In this document: positions 15,613 through 30,860 of the stretch, in pieces
Numbering within the stretch: the first letter of the stretch is position 1
Layout of the letters: each line of letters starts with the position of its first letter
Origin: Chrysomallon squamiferum
Taxonomy: Eukaryota > Animalia > Mollusca
Direction of reading: 5' to 3'
DNA length: 64,000 nt
Assembly: GCA_012295275.1 (NCBI GenBank)
Contig: CM022674.1
Span: forward strand, 3,286,001 to 3,350,000
The notes under the pieces: generated by a model
What the model saw: only the letters and a program-made list of their open reading frames with translations
The model's database searches: none
What the model was told of the DNA's origin: nothing
Translations under genes and position numbers: made by a program

Positions 15613-17096
15613 TGAATTTGTTAGTTTTATGAATTTATTTATTTATTTATTGTCGTTTTCTTTATTTCTATTTTCTTCTTGTTTTTTTTCACTGATTTGA
15701 TACAAAATGCTACGTTCCTTGCACAAAACGTTGCCCTAGATAACTAGGTCATTTTCTAAATATAATTTATCTGTTTTACTAACATTATCACTTATTTTAC
15801 TTTATAATTATCTCTTAGACTTCAGTTAGTTCATCTGTACTCCTCTCAGTTTGAAAGTCTTTCTGTAGAGAATAACTACGTTACACTCGAGTCTAATATA
15901 ACTATACATTGTTAGGTACAATTACATTACTCAGTAGATATCCGTTAGTCTGTTTTACTAACATTATTACTTGTTTCACGTTGTATTTTTAACTTTTCTC
16001 GGTCACAATTATGTTCTACGATCTTCCTTCTACTTATGTTATCATAGAGTATAATACAAGTTGTGTGTGTGTGCGTGTGTGTGTGCATATTTTTGTGTCT
16101 AATTAAACTGATCTAATATAATAATATAAATAATATATATATATATTTTTTTTCTTTTTTTTTCTGAAGAATAAATAAATTACACCTGGAGTATAATTAA
16201 TACACATATAATTATATGCATCCACAAGCATACACCAAAATCAACACACACACACACACTTCAGACATAGGGATCTTTTGTAAGTTTCTAGTTATTATTA
16301 TTTAAGGGTAATTAGGTTATTTATCACATGGTGCAGCCATGAATACCTCTAATTTATGCGTATATGTGTGGTTAAGTATGTATGTCTATAAGGATAAGCT
16401 TGTATGAATGTATGTTCGTGTGTATGTATGTTTTTGTGTATATATATATATATGTGTGTGTCTACAGAAGGCGCGATGATTACATGAATTTGAAATTCCT
16501 GTACAAGAACGGTTACTGAGTTATGTTAATATACATTTATCTTTTTTGTTATTTATTTATCTTATCAATAATTCTTTCCAGACTGAGTCAGGATTGATCT
16601 CACATAAACTGAATTTCACTGTAGTTTACGCGTTATTCATTTATACAGTCAACTGTCAAGTTGTTATGCACGTGTGGTCATGAATACGCGAATGAGAATG
16701 TGTGTGCGTCTGTGTGTGTGTGTCTTTGTGCGTCTGTGTTGGTCCGTCTAAAGTAGGTGCACGCCAGTACATCAATCTATTTTCTGATGATTTATTTCAG
16801 AGGTTTGACAAGAGATAGTAATTACGGTTAGATTTGTTCCTTAACTTTTTTGTCCACTGTATTTTGATTTTTCATCACTGCTAGTAACTTCAGGCTACGA
16901 TGACTTAGACATGGAATTAACATAGATATTGTCTCTGCTTTACTAAGTTTGGGGACTTCTGTTGTCATTATCGGTTAGTTTTGCCTGTGGGTGCTATTAA
17001 TGGTATGACTGAGTGTTCCATTCCGGTAGAACATGTCTGTTTTAATTACTTGTAGTGTGTGAGTGAGTATGTGTGTGTGTGTAAGTGCATAAGTGC

Positions 17097-17171
<75 letters not shown>

Positions 17172-18321
17172 TAAAAGAATAATTCTGATGCGATGATTTA
17201 AAAGAATAATTGTTGCTGATGATGGACTTAAATTAATTGTTAATTGCTATATTAAGTTCCCTATTACCAGCATCACCAACATGTTTATCATTACCATTAT
17301 TATCATAATCGCAATCATCGTCATCTTTATTATTATCATCATCATTCTTCCATCATTTCTTTTCATTTCATTATTTACGAAGAGAACTGCTAAAAGCACA
17401 TGGCTTCTACACTTTAATTATTCAGTGTTCTGTTTAGAAAGACAAAAACAGATCCATCAGACAGGAATAATGACATGATGGAAAACGAACAGAGTTGAAC
17501 AAGTTCAAACAACACATACTTACCTTATTAAAACAGTTTATGAATTATTTACAAAGTAAGCAATATCCTAATGGTATGAGATAGGCCTACATCTGCAAGA
17601 TTACTGCACTGTGTTATCCAGACAGTAAATCACTCATGCTTTGCAAGTTCAAATTCTTTATCGTACGGAAAAGTGTAAACACACAATCGTATTGCTTCCA
17701 ATAACCGCGGAAATTCTGATCTTAAACTCGTGTAATTAAAGATAAATACAAATTTAAATAACAATTATATGCAATGAGATGTCTTAAACACCCGCTTTTA
17801 TTACAAGTGACTTCGTAAAATTCGTCCAATAAGGATTTTATCGAAGCAATAAGCAACGCTTTATTCTCTCCGAATGAGAGGAAATAAAAAAACAAAACAA
17901 AAAAACAAAAATGGCGGATTGCGAATTAATGACGTCAGCACAAAAACAAAAAGCGTGGTTTAATAAGGTTTGTTGAGTTCCCCCCTACACACACACACAC
18001 ACACCAGAAACGTTCTTAATGAAAATTTCATTTATCCAGAGACGTGAAAAACCACGTAAATGGTAAATACGTATTAGTCACGTGTATTGGAATTGTTTCT
18101 AAAATACGTTTTCTCGTGTCTCAGAACATACTTAGTGTAAATGAGACGGAAACAACAACGCTTTCTCGTGTTTTTGGTAATGCCCGAAGTCACCGTAGTT
18201 CATGACTTTATTCGGCGACCAATTATACGCGTAGGTTCTTTACAAGAAAATATGACGCCCACATAACATTACCCTGTACAAAACAACTGCATATATCTAT
18301 CTATCTATCAATCTGTGTGTG

Positions 18322-18602
<281 letters not shown>

Positions 18603-18898
18603 GATTCGTGTATCTTTTCACGGTATATTTTGTTTTCAGTGACTTCTTCTGCTATACGGTATCACTCCGTAGTGCTAAATTATTTATTCAGTTTTACCGC
18701 GGCTGACAGAAATCTGAACCTGTTAGTTTGTTATCCGGCTTCTTTCCTTATCCGATTTGACACTAATAGTTTCACACGATGTCACTGATCGATATAGGAG
18801 CCATAAGTTCATAACGAAAAATATCATAATGCATATGCATGTGCGTATTATCTTACTTAGCACCTTTAACTACAGATTAGGAACGGATCTTTAATAAA

Positions 18899-19170
<272 letters not shown>

Positions 19171-19820
19171 TACTTAGATAAACAGATCGACGGAGATAGA
19201 GAATGAAGAAGGAAGATAAAGCATGATATACGTATGTTAATATTCAAATGGTGAATTTCTTTCTGTTGTTTTGTCAGCATGTATCTGCAGTTTGAGGTAA
19301 AAAAAATAAAAAGAGGATTTATTTCATGCACTGACGTCTACTTAATCTGAGGTCATCTGATAACGCAGATGAGGTCAAAATCGATTTATAGCAGGAAATT
19401 AAGAATCTTTAGAAATACGTCTTGTGTCAGTACGCTTGCTTGGCACGCAACATTTAAATACCCTGCTTCGTCGTATGATACCTTACAAAGTCACGGAGAT
19501 AAACGAAGCGAAAGCGTTTTTTTTTTTTTACGTTTGAACACGCTGCAAGAACGGAACAGAGAGACCAATTTTAACCTCGAATGCTCGGCATCTATTTCCG
19601 AGAATGTGTACATTATATTTCGTAATGACTTCTTGTTTGTAACGTAATGGATCGTGTCCCTCTCTTGTTTAGACGGTGATGAGTGAATTATAGAATGCTA
19701 ACAGTGATGAACTGTGTGGGTGCCTCTGTGAGTGTATGTGTGTGTGTGAGTGTGTGTGTCTCTGTGTGTGTGCGTGTGTGTGAGTGTTTAGAAACAGGCT
19801 CAAATCAGCAAGGAGAATTG

Positions 19821-19853
19821 ATGTTAAATGACAGGTACTGGCCGCTCTCGGTG
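19821..19853 (+). CDS. Possible short alternative first coding exon D (MLNDRYWPLSV)
   Basis: ATG at 19821 followed by consensus donor GTG|GTAAGT at 19854 in phase 0. The frame is also open from upstream ATGs through a GT repeat. No SWxxxN motif, so it could be chance. Confidence 0.3.
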
Positions 19854-19959
19854 GTAAGTGTGATGAAGCTGTACTGTCTTCACGTAATGTTTTTCTCACT
19901 CATTTTCGTCTTGATTGAGCGCTGAAATTTAGTCATCAAGGTCTGATGTAGACAGACAT

Positions 19960-20113
<154 letters not shown>

Positions 20114-21167
20114 ATTGACACGAGAGAAAAAGCTGCCACGTATTGCACTAATTTCTTTTCTCATTTTCTTCCACGATTTTAAAGAATTATGGAAATCTCT
20201 TTTCAGACGTATATATCATGTAGGATTGTGTGAAATATGCTATCCGTCCCTACCCCCCTCCCCATCTCAAATCCTTGGTTTAGAAAAGGAATATAACTCT
20301 AAGGGTTTCCTGATGTTAAATGCGGTTTTATTTACAGTGACACTTTAAAATAGAAAAAAACAAACTCAGAATAGATCTTCAGAGTTAATGCCTCTGGGTT
20401 CGAAAATTTTCCACAGAAAGCTAAATGCCATCAGACTTATTTGTCTAATTTGTTTCGCATCTCGATAAGGAATGGTTAAAAATCTGACGTCACTGTTGGT
20501 CTCTGGATTTCTTTTCGTTCTTATTTTGTTTGTTTGTTTTTGGTGTTTTTGTTTTTTCCCGTTTTTTTTTTTTTTTTTCCATGTCATGTTGAACTGACGT
20601 AAATATGTTGTAATATGACAGAGTTTCAAAAAAAAAAGAAAGAAAAGCAAATTAGAATGTTAATGATTCATTAAATGAACTGCACGTTGTGTTTGTCTTT
20701 CATAAGCACTGGCTTTAGAAGTTGAAATCGTTTTGAAATAGAATGAAGTTCAGTGGCATGTCATTTTCTCAACAGACGTTATTTCTCAATGCGCTGTTTT
20801 CTCTGAAACACAGTCTTAAATTTTTATGACGTTATTGTTCGGAATATGGCGAATTATTTTAATGACTTATTCTGTGTGACTGATCAAATTTAAGAATAAA
20901 TATTCTTCGATAAAAAATAATATGTATATATATATATAAAATCCTATTTGTTTCTTATTTAACTTTTCTCTTCTTATTTCTGAATTGACTACTAACTAGC
21001 TCATCATTTTAACATAATTAATGAATGAATAATAATAATAACAAGAACAACAATAACAACACAATAACAACAACAACACAATAACAAGTAGAATAACGAT
21101 AGACTATAACGGTTTTGGGTTTTTTTTTTTATTTTTTTATTACCTGCAACATTAAATAATATCTACA

Positions 21168-21214
<47 letters not shown>

Positions 21215-21215
21215 C

Positions 21216-21250
<35 letters not shown>

Positions 21251-21970
21251 TATAATTATAATAAAAATAATAATTTATAAATGTTAACTGAAAAAAATCG
21301 TTTGCTGATTTGTCAAAAGATGCGCACTAAAAATCTCTAATATTTGTCCATAAATTCAGAAAGCATTCATTTTATGTGTCAGCAGATAAAAAAAATCACA
21401 TAATCATAAATATCTACGAGCTATCTTCACAAAGTGAACAACTTTCCTCTGAAGTTAGGTCAATATTAAATCAAACAAAAACTCGAGTTATTGACACACA
21501 CACACACTCGTAAAGTTGGTTAACGCTTGTCAAACGAAACGAAGATTTATGACGTTTTTCAGTCTAAGAAATTTTTAGCGAGGAACACAAAAAGCTGAAC
21601 TGGGGAGGGGGTCGGTTCATATCCGAGACGTCATTTTTCACAAAGTCATTGACAGACTCGTTACGTTCTCAAAACTGTTTGTCACGGATATCGAGACGTG
21701 ACGGTTTTGTTTGTAACGCATCAACCCAGATTTTATTTTTCTTGTAAACGCCGCTTACTCATAAGAAAGTGATATTAGAGAAAATATGATTTATTACTAG
21801 CAGTTTAAGAACATACACAAAAAACGCACGCACGCCCACACACATACACGCACATACGTGTTTATATATATATATATATACTTTTTAAAAGATGTTATCA
21901 TTATAAATATCAGTACGTTGTAGAGACACGTTGTAATTAATAAGGGCTCTAATTTTTACATATATAAACA

Positions 21971-22051
<81 letters not shown>

Positions 22052-22794
22052 CCTCCCGCCCTCCCAAAACACTCCCTTTCTCCCAAAACACTCCCTTTCT
22101 CCATGTCTCTTATCTCTCATTTTTCCGCTCTCATTCGCTGTCTCCATTTCCGTCCATTAATACCACGGTATTTGTTCAGACCCACGTAAAACACGTTACA
22201 CACACTTCTCAATTAAGTAACACAACTAATCAAATTATGCTGGTCCGCAAAATAGATCCCCCCATACCCCCCCACACACACACATACACACAGACACATA
22301 CACTTCATACTGAGCACCACAATGGGCGGATTTACATCTACCACTAACAAAAGGAAATGAGTCTAACAGCGGCGGTTTAGCGGTAGATTTCTTTCAGCGA
22401 AAAAAATGAGATTGCATCTTAGAGTTTCGCCAATTAGAGTCATCGATTTTGTTGGTGACACTGCTGTAATCAGGTTGCGCTTTGTCCAAGTTGCACTCAC
22501 TGTACAATAGGCTCAGTTGCTTGGGTTTTTTTTCACTGAAAGGAAGAACTTAGCGGAATTCCTATTTGACGATAACGAGTTTTTTTTTTTTCATCGGAAT
22601 CCTGAAGTTTTTCTTCTTCAGTTTTTTTTTCGGCGCTGCAGTTTTTCAGATATTCAGGAGAAACATACTTTGATTTTTCTTGCAACGAATCTTTCTTGTA
22701 CGAAAGATTTATTTTTATTTTTATTTTTATTGTTTTAAAAATCAGTTTCGGTTATCAGGCGTTTTATGAAATTCAATAAGGAAAGAAATTGTTG

Positions 22795-22840
<46 letters not shown>

Positions 22841-24796
22841 GAAGGTTATGGGAAATAATTGAAGACACCGAAATTCCGGTTCCTCAGGATATAACAACAT
22901 GCTTAGGAAATTCAAAACATTTTTCTATAATTGAATAAGGATGTGATGGATTTTAATCGTTTTAGTACCGTAATAGTTTTGACAATTTATAAATTAACTT
23001 ATTTTGGTTTTAACGTGATGTTATTGTTCTCTGTAGAACGTTTCTTATTAAATTAAGATGTTAGAGGATTGCAGTGGAATGATTAAAAATTAAAAAATCA
23101 GTGATTACAGAATAACTCAATTATAATAATAAAATTATTATTATATTTATTTAATTATTTATTTACTGGATTTAATTTGTTTCCCAAAGATGAAAAATAT
23201 GCAAAAGTTTTAATAATAACATTAAAAAAAAAAAAAATGAAGAAAAAAACCAACAAGTTCTCAGGATTCTTTGAAGTAGTCAGAAATTAATAAATAACAA
23301 CAAATAAATAATAATAACAACAACAGCAACAATAATAAAATTACGAGAAACGTTATTTGTGATCCAGAATTTCTTTTTTTTTTAATTATGAAAGGATCGA
23401 CTGTGTAATTATACAAACAAAAATGATCTTTTACACAAGACTGTGAAATCAGCCACTGCCTGTATTAATTTGCTTATTAAGAGTGTTATCAACCAAAAAA
23501 ATAGAAGTTAAAGTAATATTAGAATTTCATGACTTAACAGAGATCCTTTTACTGACATTTGGAAGCCTCTGTTTTCTTAGATATTCATTACCAGCAATCA
23601 GTAATATCCATCTCTCTCTCTCTATATATATATCTATCAGTATAATTGATTTGTCTTGAAGCTGCTGTATTAATAAAAGAAAACTCTTTATATAAATGCA
23701 ACGTCCGATTCTCGAAAATAAGTGAGAATTATATAGTTAATATGTTTCACGGGTTCTCATTCTGTCTAAAAATAAATAAATAAGTAAATAAATAAATAAA
23801 TACGTACGTAAGTAAACAAGTAAATAAGAGAGTAAATAAGTATCTAAGTAAGTAAATAAATACACGAATAAGAAAGAAAGAAAGAAAATAAAGGAAAGAA
23901 ATGAAAAACAAGTAAGAAAGACAAAGAAAGAATCTATATGAAGAAGGAAAAATCTGTATCAGCTGATTATTCGGTTAACGAATATTCTTATCAAAAGCTA
24001 CTTTTCAAATACACAGTTTTCATTTCAAATCCATATTCCAAGAAAGGATTTAATTTACTGAAATTAAGTCGAGTCTTTCTATCAAAATAATTGATGACGT
24101 CGTCCACGTCTTCTCAGCGAGCACTAGGAAAAATCAATTGGAATGATTAAAACGTGATGGTTTTGGTTCTGCTGTAACTACCGCTTCAAATTCGTTTGAC
24201 TTGAAACTGTTAGGAAACATTAGTAACGTTTACAACCTTTCAGAAGAAAGGAAATCAGTCGGTCTGAATACGTATATAAAAGGTTCTGATAAAGAATGTC
24301 ATCGATATCGATGTGTTGAAAAGGATTTGTTTATAAACGCTGAAAACAGAAGACTTACAGAAAGTTGTTATACATAACGAACATTTTAAAACTTTTGGTT
24401 GAATATTCGGAAGGACTGGAAAATAAATACAGACAAAAAAAAAAAAAAAAAACCATTAACAGAACCTTTTATTCTCAACGAACTGTATTTATTTGGTATA
24501 ACCAAATATTTTTTTTTTTTTTTTAAAATAGAAAAGAAAATCGTTGTTTCCATTAAAATAATCACACTGATGAATTCGGGAAATCATGGGCAATACAAAT
24601 TCGCAAATGTCAACAGTGTGGACTTTCAAAAGTTAATACCTTCAGGAATTAGATAAACTGAACAAATAAATGTCTGAAAAAAAATAACAATAAATATTTG
24701 ATTTCAGAGAAAATTAATAATAGGAACCTGCTGGAAACCAGTATCAGTAAATTTACTTTATTTTATAGTCTTTTCACGGTCCAGTGAACAACTCAG

Positions 24797-24831
<35 letters not shown>

Positions 24832-25419
24832 AGGAATTTGGTCTACTATAAAATGTGAAGACCTTGGATACATTCCATAAAACAGAATATATATATTTTT
24901 TAAATTTAATTTTGATTTTTTTTTTTTTTTTTAAAAACACATTAGTTAAAAAAATTTTAAAAATAAAAATATATAGGATAACTCATCATTCGTGACGTCT
25001 TTTGCCTGTCAGTTCCAATATTGCCGCTGACAGCATTTTCTTCAAGGCAGTTCTCTTCCTTCAGTTTCAACCACCCTGCGATTTGACAGTTTAAAAATGA
25101 GTCTGCCTCTTCGCAAAACACCGGGAGGTAGTTTTCAATATCTTGTGGCTGAAAGATTTGTATGCAGACGTTAACTTACCATGGAGCAACAGTTTTTTAA
25201 ATTTAAATATCTTAGGTGCTTATTAACGTCGTACTTAACCAACGTTTAATCTTGTTGGATCGTGTACGTGGATAATTTGTAGATTGTAATATTATCGTTC
25301 TTTGTTGGTGGATAGTTTCATATGTTGTCATTTTAACAGAGGAATATTTTCTACTTCGTACAGAAATTACTGCAGTTTTACAGCACTTACGAAAAAGAAG
25401 TAATGTAACAGTGATCTGT

Positions 25420-25550
25420 TTAGAAGTAACAAATGGTTTTCTGCAGAAGTAACATAGACTGTTATTTTGTACAAAAAGTAGCGTGGATTCTGATTTTGTG
25501 CAGAAGTAACGTAGATTCTGATTTTGTGCAGACGTAACGTAGATTCTGAA
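25420..25550. repeat. About 28-bp degenerate tandem repeat
   Basis: agaagtaacgtagattctgattttgtgc-like units repeated 3-4 times. Confidence 0.7.
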
Positions 25551-26196
25551 ACCGAGGTAAGCTACCGCTTATCTGATACACTAGTAACGTAATATCTGAT
25601 ATTCTGCGGAATTAAAGTAGCAAGTCAACTCATTTAGAAGTAATTCAATGAAGGATTTGATACAGAAATTACGCAACAGAAACAAAAATCTAATTCAGTT
25701 ACATAAAACATTTCTACAATGCCATCAGTGTAACATATCAGTGGGTTCGACCATCTTTCGCAACAAGATTACGATTGATTTCCTATACTTGCCGTGATAT
25801 CTGAATACCGAATATAGTTTGCTGCTAAAATATTCAATATAACTGTTTTGTGTTTAAGTGGTATGTACATTTATAATTCATATAAACAGCTTGTAGTTTA
25901 TGGTACATAAAACATAAAGCTCTGTTTTATGACTGTCTAAATAATTTATTCAAAAAATAGAAGGATTATACGTGTTAAAAACATATTGTGACGTGTTTGT
26001 CCCATCTTGCCCAATACGTGCTTACGATAGAAAACGTTCTAGTATAAGATCAGACAGATAGCTGTATGGTACGTGTAGAAGATTATAAAGCTATCTAGTA
26101 CGTATAAGATTGGAAGCTATCTAATACGTGCATACAACAGAGTTGTGAACTACTTGTATACGGCATAGAGCTATTTAGTAGTCATCTGGTATGTGA

Positions 26197-26255
26197 TGAC
26201 GTCACAGAGATATCTTAAACTGACGTTTTGAAGTGAACAGAAACATATATATACA
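26197..26255 (+). promoter_or_regulatory. Candidate promoter for exon C: full CRE plus TA-rich box
   Basis: TGACGTCA at 26197-26204, TGACG half-site at 26221 and TATATATA at about 26246, 100-150 nt upstream of the ATG at 26351. Confidence 0.35.
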
Positions 26256-26350
26256 CACAGACGGTGAAACTGGAACACGCACGAAAATACAGAAGCACAC
26301 CTGTGCGTGTAAAAAAACACACCTGTGATACGAAGACGCTGGGGATCGCG

Positions 26351-26452
26351 ATGTCTGTACGTCAGTATCGACAGCGGTCACAGAGCTCCTGGAGCACCAC
26401 CAATGGTCTGTTGTCTGTAGACTCGGACGAAACAAGAGTGAAATTTTCACAG
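26351..26452 (+). CDS. TMEM47: Alternative first coding exon C of TMEM47-like gene (MSVRQYRQRSQSSWSTTNGLLSVDSDETRVKFSQ), GC-AG intron
   Basis: ATG at 26351, 34 codons, non-canonical but otherwise perfect donor CAG|GCAAGT at 26453, phase 0. TCCTGGAGCACCA (13 nt) is identical to exon A, and the RVKFSQ end parallels exon B RLKCSQ. Confidence 0.7.
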
Positions 26453-26459
26453 GCAAGTT

Positions 26460-26533
<74 letters not shown>

Positions 26534-26768
26534 TGTGTGTTGTGCTGTGTCTGTGTGTGTATGTGTGTATGTGTGTGTATGTGTGAGTGAGTGCCTGTGT
26601 GTGTGTCTGTCTGTGTGTGTCTCTGTGTGTGTCTGTATCTGTGTGTGTATGTCTGTCTGTCTGTGTGTCTGTGTGTATGTGTGTGTTGTGTGTCTGTGTG
26701 TGTGTATCTGTGTGTTGTGTGTGTGTGTGTGCGTGTGTCTGTCTCTCTCTGAGTGTGTGTGTGTGTGT
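26460..26768. repeat. Imperfect (GT)n tract directly after the GC donor of exon C
   Basis: Direct reading. Confidence 0.95.
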
Positions 26769-27028
26769 CTGTTTGCAATGACTGATAACTTAACGTTTGC
26801 TTAAGTGGACTTGATTAATCTCAGCAGAATGAAGTACGTATTAACAACATTTCACTCCGTTTATATTAGACTTAAATACATTTTACTTATGTTTCGTTAC
26901 AATGTCTTTTATTTTAGAATATTTTAAAACAATTTTTTAATATTCATTTATACATTTTTAAAATGTTTTTCATTTTATCTTCTTTTTTATTTTTTTATTT
27001 AAAAAAAAAATTTGTTTGTTTTACATAT

Positions 27029-27063
<35 letters not shown>

Positions 27064-27735
27064 TTATTAAATAGATATTTTGTAGCCATTCACTTCTCTT
27101 TAACATAGTACTAAACCACCTTCCTTATTTATTCCCGAAACATCTATGATTTATAGGTCTATTAAAACTGACAACATTAAAACAATTATGTAAAATAGGT
27201 TATGCGACTGAAATAACATCATGCAATAGTTTTTATACATTAAAATCAAAAAATCAAGAAACGAAAAAAGAAGAAGAAGAAAAAGAAATAAATATATATA
27301 AAAAAAATTAACCTTACGTATTAGCTGACATGTTTTGTCACTAAAAGGGGCGTTCTTTTCAAAATAGGAATGCCGTTGCCTAGATACCATACGTCAAGAT
27401 AATACGTACATTTTTTCCGACTATCTCTCTCTTAACTTTTAATTTTAGCTTCCGGCTAGGAAGGCGCCATCTTTCTTTTTTCTTTTAGCGTTTTGTGAAG
27501 GAAAGTTAACTCTGTTGTAGAAGGTTTGGCCTTGCAGGGTTTTTTACCTGAAAATAGAAAAAAAAGAAATAAAAAAAGAAGATAAAAAGACGTTTTTATT
27601 TTTGAGTTATTATTTTTTTTAACATATTTATTTGTTTGTTTGTTTGTTTATTTTTATTTTCTTACTATCTTTGTTTTAATTCTTCTTCTTCTTCTTCTTC
27701 TTCTTCTTCTTCTTCTTCTTCTTCTTCTTCTTCTT

Positions 27736-27766
<31 letters not shown>

Positions 27767-27820
27767 TTATTATTATTATTACTCATGTGTTAGCATTCTA
27801 TAAAAAAAAAAATAATAATA

Positions 27821-27854
<34 letters not shown>

Positions 27855-28061
27855 ATTGTTCTGGATTTAAATTATAGTTCCTAATCCAGATTAATTATTA
27901 CTTTTGTATTCTATTATTTCCGTAAACAGGAAATTATTGTCTTAAGATGATGCATAGTATTACTGATTTAGAATGATGGAAAATGATATTAAATTCGTTG
28001 AAACTGCAGAGGCTGAAGTGTAATATAACTGTTTTAAGACACATACAAATATACATATATT

Positions 28062-28159
<98 letters not shown>

Positions 28160-28224
28160 AATCCCCCAACTCTCTCTCACTATCTTTCTCCCTCCCCCCT
28201 CTCTCTCTATGTATATATGTTTGA

Positions 28225-28375
28225 ACGTGTATGCGTGTGTGTGTGTGTCTCTCTCAATCTCTCTGTGTGTGTATGCGTGTGTGTGTGTGTCTCTCTCAAT
28301 CTCTCTGTGTGTGTATGTGTGCGTGTGTGTGTCTCTCTCAATCTCTCTGTGTGTGTATGTGTGCGTGTACGTGTG
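28225..28375. repeat. About 42-bp compound tandem repeat
   Basis: gtgtgtgtctctctcaatctctctgtgtgtgtatg present three times in tandem. Confidence 0.85.
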
Positions 28376-29304
28376 TGTAATTGATCTAACTCAGAATCTG
28401 AAAGAAAATCAACAACACGGTAATACATACTTCCTGGTTTCATAAGACATTTTCTTTTGTTTATTACTCCAGTGACATTTTCTTACGTTTTTCTTCCCAT
28501 TTTTTTCCCTCTGTTCATGGTTTTCTTTATCTTGTATAATCTGTATTTATGTGTCTATATACTAATTTTTAAATTAATTTGTTATTTTTATTTTTTAAAC
28601 ATTTACTAAGAAAAAAAGTGACATTTACCTCTTTTTTTATATTTTTTAATCCATCATTACACACGTAGATATACACACATACACACGCACACGCACGTAC
28701 ACGCACACACATACATACTACTAATATTTCAAAACACATCTTGTCACATTTAACATACAAATTGTCCTATTTTAAAATGTCAGATATCTTATTTTTCTAC
28801 ACAGGGATATTTTACAGTCTATGGGCGTAATTTATTTTAACACCTTTTATTATTTATTTATTTATTCATTTATTTATTTAGTTAGTTGGTTAGTTAGTGA
28901 GTGAGTGAGTTAGTTAGTTAGTTAGTTATTTAGTTAGTTAGCGAGTTAGTTAGTTGGTTAGTTAGTTAGTTAGTTAGTGAGTTAATTAGTTGGTTAGTTA
29001 GTTAGTTAGTTGAGTTAGTTAGTTATATTTGTCTATGTGAAGTAAAACATCCGAGACACACTACAGTGAAGTTTCTAATGAATCACTGTTTTGTAAATTG
29101 TGTGTAAGTGAACAAAACTGATTATGGTATTTCAAACCTTGCTGAGAATAGAGATGCCGTGGGCAGGAATCTAGACTAACTGGAAGTTACTTGTTACCAT
29201 CAGAAAAGAAATTGGAACTGTGCCTGTGGTTCTTTCATATTCTCAGATTTAAACTGACAGAGAAAAAGAAGTTCAGGCAACAGACAGAGAGAGAGAGAGA
29301 GAGA

Positions 29305-29338
<34 letters not shown>

Positions 29339-30072
29339 CTATAAATGAAATGCGCAGCTACTGAAAAAAGAAATATCTCTGTAGCAATGTTTTGATATAT
29401 ATCCAAATAACGTAACAATATTATGACGTCATTACAATAAACGAGATAATAACGATGATGACGAAAATGAAGAAAGACTAATACTTTTTTTTTTTTTTTA
29501 CATTTTACTTCATAACGTGAATATTGTTATGGTTTTTAGTTGTTATAAAGCAAAATAAATCACAATACTTTTTTTTTGCAATTGTCACGTAACCATTAAA
29601 CAACACTGAATAATCTCTAAAAATACATGATTTTTAATTTTTTTATTTTTTTTTTAAAAAAAATTTTATATACAGTGATGACGACTGTTATGAATGGATC
29701 GTGATGTTAAAACGGGGCAGAGGTTGATGTGCAAAAGGGAACGGTGAGTTATTTTAGGAATAGGTCATCGATACCAATTTGATTGCTACTAAAACCAGTC
29801 TGGTTTAACTGAGGCAGAAGAGACGCATACGTCTAGTGCTTGTTTAATAATACGAGGCCGTCGTAATCCGTTTTGATCTGTCACCATCTTTTAGACGTCC
29901 CTGTACTTACGTATCGATAATCGATGACGCTAGTTAAAGAATGGCGAATCGATTATAACGAAATTTCTTTTCTACTCCTATTCTCGCTTTAAAACAGGAA
30001 ATTAATTTTCTTGAGTCTGTAGATAAAGGGATACTCGACTCAGATTGGTAATGAATGTTATAAATATACACT

Positions 30073-30135
<63 letters not shown>

Positions 30136-30709
30136 GCGGGCACATAAATAATAAATAGATGCAAACACAATCCTATTTATAAGAGATTTACAATTAAGCG
30201 TTTCCACGTTTTGAAATAGGTCAGGACAAACTGAAAATTAGCCTACAGTACAACCCGTTTGTCAATTGACCGATATCATGCTTCAGACTTTGGTGTGTAA
30301 TTATGATGGAAGAATGACGGTGAAGTGACTTACATCAGGCCTCTGCATATGCCTTTCTGTTATTGGATTGGAACCATGCTTCTCTCAGAACGTGACTGTT
30401 TTAAGTGTGTCACTGTTGACGTGTTTGACTTTTTGAAAAAAATAAATATATATATCCCGTCTGCTCTCGTTAGGTTCGCCAGCTGATCGATTCCAAGACA
30501 TTTCTGTCAAGGAATACATGGGGTCAGTTTCAAAACTAGAGCTTAATCGTTAAGTCTTCTGATTTGCGTTTCTCTGCGCTGTTTATTATTATTGATTTCT
30601 GAAGATAACCGTAGAATTTTGGTATCTGCAGGAATAGAAATGTTGCCGATCACTTGATACGTTTTTACCTTTCGTAGTGTAAAACAAAAATTTAATGGAT
30701 ACGTCTATT

Positions 30710-30819
<110 letters not shown>

Positions 30820-30829
30820 CTCCCTCCCT

Positions 30830-30860
<31 letters not shown>

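Noticed and set aside
25097-25135. MSLPLRKTPG with donor GAG|GTAGTT
   Set aside because: Phase 1, weak donor and no shared motif.
29695-29750. ATG-led segment MDRDVKTGQRLMCKRE with donor CG|GTGAGT
   Set aside because: Phase 2, incompatible with the phase-0 shared exon. The phase-0 frame has no ATG.
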